Of a DNA stretch of 64,000 bases, positions 57,203 through 64,000 are shown piece after piece. Within the stretch, counting starts at the first letter, position 1, and every line of letters begins with the position of its first letter. Source of the stretch: Barthelona sp. PCE (Eukaryota); contig JAUFOR010000008.1 of NCBI GenBank assembly GCA_040285745.1, positions 1,302,001 to 1,366,000 of the forward strand, in the 5' to 3' direction. The position numbers and the translations under genes were made by a program. Below the pieces are notes generated by a model, which searched no databases, was not told the DNA's origin, and saw only the letters and a list, made by a program, of their open reading frames with translations.

Positions 57203-59630
57203 TCAAGGAAAACAAAGATACAGAAACTCCGTCAACCGTGGCTGTGTACAAGTCGCAGCCGAAAGTACTCCTTTTGAAGAAGTCTGCCACAAGATCAAAC
57301 GAGTCCCCACCCCTGACTACAACTGGGGCAGTGGAAAACGAAAGGGGTTTGGAAGAAAATGAGCTGACGATATCTTCTGCACCATTTTCTTTGCTTACTG
57401 TGAGGAGCGTGGATTTTAATGTGAAGTCTCTCGTATCAACATCGCACAGGACGCTGATCTGGTTCGTATCGACCTGACAGCCGAGAGTTTTCCTGCTACA
57501 AACCGACTCAAGCACAAAGTCATAGAATTCCAACATATTTGTCACTTCACTATCATATGTACAGTTGATGCGCGTATCTGTTCCGCGATCCAGCACAGTA
57601 GGGGTGCAGAGTACGGAATTCATTAATTCTGGCTGGAAGTGCTGGTAGCTATACTGATTCATAGCAGACCAGTACATACCGAATGTGTGCTCATAGACGA
57701 GACCAAACGTTGTGGGTACTGGGCTATTCGTGAGTTGCGCTCGCCTGTGTTGTAATGGGTTGAAAGTGATTAGATCTACGTTTGAAAGCGCAAAATCTGT
57801 TATATCTGCTGTTTTTTCAACAAACAACAGTCCACCACTACCCGTTATCGTTTTTATATCAGAGGACAGATCCGTGTATGTAGGATGCTCTCCAAGTGAA
57901 CAACCAACAATGTTGTGTGTGAATCCTCCATCGACGGTACACTTATCACTACCGTCGTACTCAATATCAACGAACTCTCCTCCAAACGTACTAATACTGA
58001 CATCTCCACCCCCGACTCTTATAGATGAGTTTGTGTGTATGTTTCCCTTAAGAGATAACGTGTTCGCTTCATGCTCTGACACGATAATGATGTCTCCGCT
58101 GAGGTTCTGAGCTGTTGAGTTAGAAACAACAAATGTGCCTTTAGCTTGAGACTGCCATCCATTGCTCAGAGAGACGTTGTAGTTGGAACCGTAAAGACCC
58201 GCATTTGTGACGGCCCCTGTGACAGCACCACTTTCTGCGGTGTTCACAGTTCCGTATGGGAACAATCCACGAACTTCACCTTGCAAGGAGACAGTATCAC
58301 CAGAGAATACTCCTTTGAATTCACCGCTTAGTGTGCAACTGTCAAAGTTACCAATAACCGGGTTCTCAGCAGCGTTCACTAGCCTAGCATTCTCAAGATA
58401 CGAGGGATTGGGTGCAATGTGCTTGAATATCAAGTTGTCCAAACGAAATGCATCAAGAGTGCGAGAAAACAGTGTATTGTCATAGTAATCAGGTGCAAGC
58501 GTGAGATTAAGAGGCGTGGTGCCAAAGATCACAGATCTCACATTGTCGGCAGCAAGCGATGTCACAGCATCAGTCAGAGCCAATGCGACATCCAGCTTTC
58601 CCAATAACGTAAGAGATTCTCCATCGAAGCGCAGTTTAACACGATCATTCTTATCCGTGAATGTAGTCAGATCAAGTGTTAGATCTGACACACCAAAACC
58701 AAGATCAAAAAAGTTCATAGTTGTGACGCCGATTGTGAGGGGTTCAGTCGTGGATATATATATCATCGCACTACGAGCGTACGCAACCAGTACGGTATCT
58801 ATGCTCGACACAGTGATCTGCGATCCGTCCATCAGCGTAAACTCTTTGGAGAAAGAAGATGCTGTTACACGAGCGCCGTTCTTCAAAACCATCGCGTTTG
58901 GGTCCGAGGGTAGATGAACTGCAGAGTCCTCAACGAACAATATGGTATTGTTCAATTTAGTTATCGTCAGGTCAGCCAATGTACCGTCAAAAATTCGCAA
59001 TCCGAGACAGCTCAAACCCACACCCGACAACTCTCCGTCTATCTCATAGGCCCACACAATCGCTGCAGTGTGTGACTGACTGGGAACATCATAGATAATG
59101 GTAAACCATGAATCAGCCTTAAAGAGACCAACAGCAGTCGCTCCTGCGGATTTATAGTTCTCAAATACCATAGAATAAACGGTATAAACGGTGAAACCGC
59201 TCAGTATTCTCATATAGCACAGTTTATCATGGTCAAAGTGAAAAAAGAGTGCATTTTCAGAGGGAACAAACGTGCACGGTTGACTAGATGGTGAAGTAGA
59301 AGCTCCCTGGAACGTATGACTGTGATTTAAAGGGGATAAAATACACCGTTGGGCATATGACGGATTACTGAATTGATATACTAAGAATTGATGAGTAAAA
59401 CCAACTGAAAAAATTTCTGGTGTGTGATCACATCCATCTGTGTTGAATTGAAGAATCGCAAATTCAGAGACAAATACTGGAACTTTTATCCTCTCAAGGT
59501 AATTAATTTCATTAATCACACATATAGAATAATCTTCAAAATATAATTGCAAATTAAAAATATTTTCGGATAAGGTTGTATCATATATTATCTTTAAAAA
59601 ACAAAAAAACAATTGCCTCATAATCTGCAT
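57156..59630 (-). CDS. Middle part of giant surface protein (beta-rich)
   Basis: ~825-aa S/T/V/G-rich ORF overlapping both neighbours in +1 register. Confidence 0.75.
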   Translation of the reverse strand: MQIMRQLFFCFLKIIYDTTLSENIFNLQLYFEDYSICVINEINYLERIKVPVFVSEFAILQFNTDGCDHTPEIFSVGFTHQFLVYQFSNPSYAQRCILSPLNHSHTFQGASTSPSSQPCTFVPSENALFFHFDHDKLCYMRILSGFTVYTVYSMVFENYKSAGATAVGLFKADSWFTIIYDVPSQSHTAAIVWAYEIDGELSGVGLSCLGLRIFDGTLADLTITKLNNTILFVEDSAVHLPSDPNAMVLKNGARVTASSFSKEFTLMDGSQITVSSIDTVLVAYARSAMIYISTTEPLTIGVTTMNFFDLGFGVSDLTLDLTTFTDKNDRVKLRFDGESLTLLGKLDVALALTDAVTSLAADNVRSVIFGTTPLNLTLAPDYYDNTLFSRTLDAFRLDNLIFKHIAPNPSYLENARLVNAAENPVIGNFDSCTLSGEFKGVFSGDTVSLQGEVRGLFPYGTVNTAESGAVTGAVTNAGLYGSNYNVSLSNGWQSQAKGTFVVSNSTAQNLSGDIIIVSEHEANTLSLKGNIHTNSSIRVGGGDVSISTFGGEFVDIEYDGSDKCTVDGGFTHNIVGCSLGEHPTYTDLSSDIKTITGSGGLLFVEKTADITDFALSNVDLITFNPLQHRRAQLTNSPVPTTFGLVYEHTFGMYWSAMNQYSYQHFQPELMNSVLCTPTVLDRGTDTRINCTYDSEVTNMLEFYDFVLESVCSRKTLGCQVDTNQISVLCDVDTRDFTLKSTLLTVSKENGAEDIVSSFSSKPLSFSTAPVVVRGGDSFDLVADFFKRSTFGCDLYTATVDGVSVSLFSLTGNDSRSTLFFFLRL

Positions 59631-62600
59631 TTTCTTCGATGATATCACAGTTTGAACTGCATAAAATGGTTGAGTTTTTTAATTCTGGACGAATAGAAAC
59701 TCCATCAACATAGACCAATGCACCATCTGAATTTGTGCATCTAATTTCCGTTTTTTGGTAGATAAATGCAAAAGGAGCTGTCGAAATTGAATCAGTATTT
59801 GGTATAAACATGTATGCATCAACTTGATTAGTAGACGAAGTTAACGTTTCTCGCACAACGTTCCCTCTTATGTTCTGATCGCCCATGATACCATCTATGT
59901 AGCTAAAACTCACACTGGTCGATCCATAATCCATACTAAATACAGATATATCAATTTTTGAGGTACTATCAAGGACAAATCCGTTTTGGACTTCATTTAA
60001 TCTCAATATTATCACCTCACCACTTAATTTAGTTGAAAGTTGAAGATCCAACGATGCCTTGAAACCACCAAAGAGTAATGAATGTAATCCTAGGGAAAAT
60101 GTTTCAATATCTTGATGTAATACATCTGTGGAACCACTGAAAACACCAATACTTTTAAACATATTATCATCAGTGATTGTGAGATCTCCAGCACTAACAA
60201 TTACAATACTGTCCGTACTGCCAGAAACGGAAACATCACTAAGAATAAAATTCACACCAGGAGAGGAAATAAACGACATGAAAAGACTTCTAATAGCAAT
60301 CTGGAATGGTTTTTCATCGGTTTGTCGCAGGTGAAGTGGGTTCGTTATTGCAATGCTTAATACAGTGTCTGGTTCAGTGGTAGTAACAAAACCTGAAGTG
60401 TACTCGTTCACAAGAAACACTGATATCGATGCATCAACAGCCAGAGTTGTGGTGTCGATCAGATTGATCAGGCGGACGACCAGGAGGGAATCTATGAATG
60501 TGGATCCAATAGTCGGTGTGAATTGATTTTGTGAGCTATCGTAGCGTAAGTTCCCATTTATCTCGGTGAGGCTGAACCCCTCGATTAATATGGCTGGACT
60601 TAGGCAATTATTAATTGTTATTGTACTTCCAGTGCTGAATACGCATGTTGTATACGATACTGCATTACCGACCAAAACCCGTGAGTTATCGATTCTAAAG
60701 GCGTCATCGATGTCAGACACTGAGCGGAGTCCCACTGTGGAATCGACAAAAGCTGTTGAACCAGTGAAGTGAGTGATGTCAGTGAACTCGACTGTTGAGT
60801 TTGTTATTGTCAAATCCGTCGTCTGGGTCGGCACCTCAATTTCCAGAGAGCTGTCCGTAACGGTTCTGAGCGTTCGCATGGGGGCGAGCGATATCAGTTT
60901 GCCGCTGCTGCTTTCAATGTTGACTACATTGAGATTCAAAGTACGTAACTCTACTGTGATATTGTGAATTTGAAGAGTGTCCACTGAAAGCGCGTGGACA
61001 AACATTGTCATGCAATCTGTCTCGACTGAGAGCGTACCAATGGACAACATTGTTAGGTGCGGTGTGAAAGAGACTAAATCGAATTGCCCTGCAATGCTGA
61101 GCTTTGTAAAGTGCGTTTCTAGATCGGGAAGAATCAAGTAGCCATCCTCTTCAACCCTGATGCTGCCAGCTCGTCCATATACACGGGCATGCTTGACGAT
61201 AATGTCGACATTGGGCGCATCGCGAAGGACTACACGCAAACAATTAAAGTTTGCGGTAATTCTGATGTCTCCCATGATGCGAACGCGTGTAAAGAGTTCG
61301 CATATGTGCTCGAAGTCACCCGATGTGAACGCTTTTGACTCAAACGAAAGGGTTGAGTTTGCTGCAAGCTCCTTTTGGGTTATTATCGAATCATCGATGG
61401 TGAATTCCCTATTGACGACGATTGCGCCACTTGTCCAGCCGCCGTTGATGCTCAGGGAATCAGTCTTGATAAAGGCGCCCGTCTCAACAATGGCATCACC
61501 CATATGGATGAAGGAGTCAGTCTCAATAGAGGCGCGTACAATACGGGTACTGGTGTCGCTGTTAAGAACCAACGATGAAGTAACAAGTGTGCCATTCACA
61601 ATACCGCAACCCTTCTCAGGAGATTCATCTGTGTATGCACTCAATACAACACCACTCTCAACCCGAAGTGTATGGGCGTTCATGTATATCTTACAGTCGT
61701 TGCATGTGATTGAGCCTGTGATTGTTACATCAGTGTCTAAGAAGGCAAACGAGTTGTCTAGGACAAGATCACCATCAACCCGGTACGCAAGACGAACCGA
61801 ACTTGTGTTCCGAATAATAAGTGAGTTAACAATAACATCGTATGCAAACACGTGAGTGTTAGTCTCAGTTACAGTCTCTTTGAGCTCAAAGTTCCGATAA
61901 AAAACGTGCGTGAACGTGTCACCTGTGTGGATTGTTGGAGTACTTGTGTATGCTGGCGCATCCTCAAACAATACACGGTCTTTGGTCATCTTATCGTCCG
62001 AGAACTCCTCGCCAACCGTGATAGAATTCACATGCGGTGGAATAGCGACGGGGTTTTCTTCCATCACATCATTCATTGAGAAGGACACATCGAGGTCCGA
62101 CATGGCTTTGAACTTGAAGGGCAACTGGTATCGGTTGCCATAAACAACATCACACGTTCCACACGACCACAATGCCGAAGGGCTGTTTACCAAATATAAA
62201 ACGTTACCATTGATAGAGTTCCAACGCGAAGTAGGAAGCATTACGACGTTTGTTGCTGTGATAACACCCGTTGCTCTTGACCCAGGCATGAGGAAAAGCG
62301 ATTTGATTGTTGTTGAGTTCAGATGAATACTTTTATATGCGAATATCTTACTTCCAAAATTACCATTCAGCATAGTTTCTCCGGTGGCATTCACAATGCA
62401 ATCCACCGTCGTCGAATACATCTTAGAGTCCATCACGTGAATGGATACACCAGATGGTTCTGGTGAAGCAAGTACGAAACCATCAAAAATAGATTCCTCA
62501 GGGAAGACGACAGAGCAGTGATCAATAGCACAATCGATCGCTACCTCACCGGTGTGTACGTGCCTGGTGATATATGTGGTCGGGTGACTGAGAACAATAC

Positions 62601-64000
62601 CTCCCGTCAGCAGATTAATCGATTTAACGTGCCCAATTGCTCCTTCAACCGCTTCCTGAATGGTAACATCTGCCAATTCGCCCTCGAATGAGGCATGCCG
62701 CAGAGAAAGGGTGGCAGTGATGCTGATGTCACCGGTTGCAATAACGCTTACTGAGCCGTATTCACAGATAACAGTGATGTCACTTGATGCGCTGACAAAG
62801 AAGTATGACGGAACAAGACACGATAGCACAGGATCCATTGCCAGAAGGGATGTGGTGAGTGTGGCGTTGCCGCTCAGAATCAGCTCATCAGGCGATCCAA
62901 CAAATTTGAGTATTTTGTGCACAGTTAATGCCAGATGGAGGGTGCCACCGCTGACGTGGATCTCCACAGGTTGGTTTGTCTTACCGTCTAACCGCAGTGT
63001 TACGTTGTGGCCGACATGTACCTCCAGCTTATGTGACGCGTCATGATAAACTGTACCATTAAAATAGTTAGGAACATCAATACTGGTTTCTGCTGGCAAT
63101 AACTCATAAACACCGTCATCCACGATTGAATAACTTTCCGTGAAGTTATCACTCAGCCCAGTCTGCACCAGAACACCCCCATCGGTAATGTAATCAATTT
63201 GATCGTCAGCACTATATTCCATTCTCAACCCTTCAGAGATAACAAAGTAAGTTACTTCCAGAACTGAAGGTGGGGTATGTGTGAGAGCGTGTTCTGGTCT
63301 AGGTATAAAGCGTACCGTTCCATTCATGCAACAGTCAGGTATCTTCCGAATAACTGTAAAAGTTCCATCATATATTGTTATTACACCCATTGTTGCTACA
63401 TTTAGCTCAACCGATGAAATAAAATCTATCAATACAAAACTATCCGCTTGAATACGATATTTATCAAAAGCAACATTAGTTATAAGATGACCGAAATATT
63501 TATGACTACTAGCTACCTTAAAAGAAGTTGTCGAATCGAACGCGTAGATGTACATGAACATAGGGTTAATGATCTGTGTGTCAAAATTCACATGAACATC
63601 ATTCAATGTTATTGTTCGCAAAACCGTTGAATACCCATTACTTATGATATTACTTGCAATTCTGTTTTGATAACAAGTCTCTGAAGGACAAAGTCTTACT
63701 AAATGAATGTGGGTTGTTGGGGGAAACACAGACATTTGGATCATGTTGTTATCAACAATAGTGAGTGACGAATATGGTTCAGTTGAAATCATTCCGTTCG
63801 CTTTACCCCCATCCCCGTCCATAACAAGATGCCCACCGGAAAAGATATTAAGTAAACCACCGTATATTGCTTTAGTCAACGTTAACGTTCCTCCGACCAA
63901 ATAAATTGATCTTCCGTTCTCAGTAACGGTGAGGGATGTACCATCTGGGACAACAATACGGGCGCGACAGTGCGACTGCTCAACTGAAATTGTCGTGTGT
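59581..64000 (-). CDS. N-proximal part of giant surface protein (beta-helix-like), start outside window
   Basis: Frame is open beyond 63900 to the window edge; I/V/T/S/D-rich beta-solenoid-like sequence. Confidence 0.8.
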   Translation of the reverse strand, partial: HTTISVEQSHCRARIVVPDGTSLTVTENGRSIYLVGGTLTLTKAIYGGLLNIFSGGHLVMDGDGGKANGMISTEPYSSLTIVDNNMIQMSVFPPTTHIHLVRLCPSETCYQNRIASNIISNGYSTVLRTITLNDVHVNFDTQIINPMFMYIYAFDSTTSFKVASSHKYFGHLITNVAFDKYRIQADSFVLIDFISSVELNVATMGVITIYDGTFTVIRKIPDCCMNGTVRFIPRPEHALTHTPPSVLEVTYFVISEGLRMEYSADDQIDYITDGGVLVQTGLSDNFTESYSIVDDGVYELLPAETSIDVPNYFNGTVYHDASHKLEVHVGHNVTLRLDGKTNQPVEIHVSGGTLHLALTVHKILKFVGSPDELILSGNATLTTSLLAMDPVLSCLVPSYFFVSASSDITVICEYGSVSVIATGDISITATLSLRHASFEGELADVTIQEAVEGAIGHVKSINLLTGGIVLSHPTTYITRHVHTGEVAIDCAIDHCSVVFPEESIFDGFVLASPEPSGVSIHVMDSKMYSTTVDCIVNATGETMLNGNFGSKIFAYKSIHLNSTTIKSLFLMPGSRATGVITATNVVMLPTSRWNSINGNVLYLVNSPSALWSCGTCDVVYGNRYQLPFKFKAMSDLDVSFSMNDVMEENPVAIPPHVNSITVGEEFSDDKMTKDRVLFEDAPAYTSTPTIHTGDTFTHVFYRNFELKETVTETNTHVFAYDVIVNSLIIRNTSSVRLAYRVDGDLVLDNSFAFLDTDVTITGSITCNDCKIYMNAHTLRVESGVVLSAYTDESPEKGCGIVNGTLVTSSLVLNSDTSTRIVRASIETDSFIHMGDAIVETGAFIKTDSLSINGGWTSGAIVVNREFTIDDSIITQKELAANSTLSFESKAFTSGDFEHICELFTRVRIMGDIRITANFNCLRVVLRDAPNVDIIVKHARVYGRAGSIRVEEDGYLILPDLETHFTKLSIAGQFDLVSFTPHLTMLSIGTLSVETDCMTMFVHALSVDTLQIHNITVELRTLNLNVVNIESSSGKLISLAPMRTLRTVTDSSLEIEVPTQTTDLTITNSTVEFTDITHFTGSTAFVDSTVGLRSVSDIDDAFRIDNSRVLVGNAVSYTTCVFSTGSTITINNCLSPAILIEGFSLTEINGNLRYDSSQNQFTPTIGSTFIDSLLVVRLINLIDTTTLAVDASISVFLVNEYTSGFVTTTEPDTVLSIAITNPLHLRQTDEKPFQIAIRSLFMSFISSPGVNFILSDVSVSGSTDSIVIVSAGDLTITDDNMFKSIGVFSGSTDVLHQDIETFSLGLHSLLFGGFKASLDLQLSTKLSGEVIILRLNEVQNGFVLDSTSKIDISVFSMDYGSTSVSFSYIDGIMGDQNIRGNVVRETLTSSTNQVDAYMFIPNTDSISTAPFAFIYQKTEIRCTNSDGALVYVDGVSIRPELKNSTILCSSNCDIIEENADYEAIVFLFFKDNI

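Noticed and set aside
57156-59583. Euplotes-style stop-codon frameshifting at both junctions (ATA TGA, TTA TAA)
   Set aside because: No AAA-stop motif, other genes terminate normally, and at 57156 the downstream frame already looks native (YGYNHTI) before the stop.
33-63904. The many 60-230 aa ORFs antisense or out of frame to long genes (e.g. 1460-1867, 43667-44227, 61160-61855)
   Set aside because: Shadow ORFs of real CDSs with no motifs.
1-64000. CRISPR arrays, transposases, retroelements, rRNA, prokaryotic operons or defence systems
   Set aside because: No regularly spaced repeats or recognisable DDE, RT or rRNA motifs were seen; the gene content is eukaryotic.

Overview
Gene-dense, AT-rich, essentially intron-free eukaryotic (protist) DNA. 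The standard genetic code is sufficient: ORFs up to ~1,500 aa read through uninterrupted, and TAA, TAG and TGA all end genes. Eukaryote-specific genes include a HECT E3 ligase, an exportin-like protein, PIG-X, GINS Psf1, BRO1/ALIX, DDRGK1, TBCD, a nucleoplasmin-like domain and an RWP-RK factor. They sit beside secreted or lysosomal hydrolases (phospholipase B-like, GH27, GH130, GILT, a beta-lactamase-family serine hydrolase) and genes of bacterial-type families (DUF1963/YwqG, PPDK regulatory protein). This fits a phagotrophic, possibly anaerobic flagellate such as a free-living metamonad, but that assignment is inference only. A RecQ helicase runs off the left edge and is missed by the ORF track; there is one tRNA-Ser(CGA). 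The most interesting signals are: (1) an unannotated ~220-nt intergenic RNA-like fold at 24475-24697 with a long enclosing helix directly followed by CCTAAACCT, a telomerase-template-like 1.5x repeat; (2) a >11.5 kb surface-protein locus split by two +1 frame changes in an otherwise frameshift-free window; (3) two further structured non-coding islands; (4) several unusual proteins (PPDK regulator with a canonical Walker A, NPL-Ubl fusion, degenerate XRN). All family calls come from motif recognition by eye and all RNA pairings were found by hand; no searches or folding programs were run.
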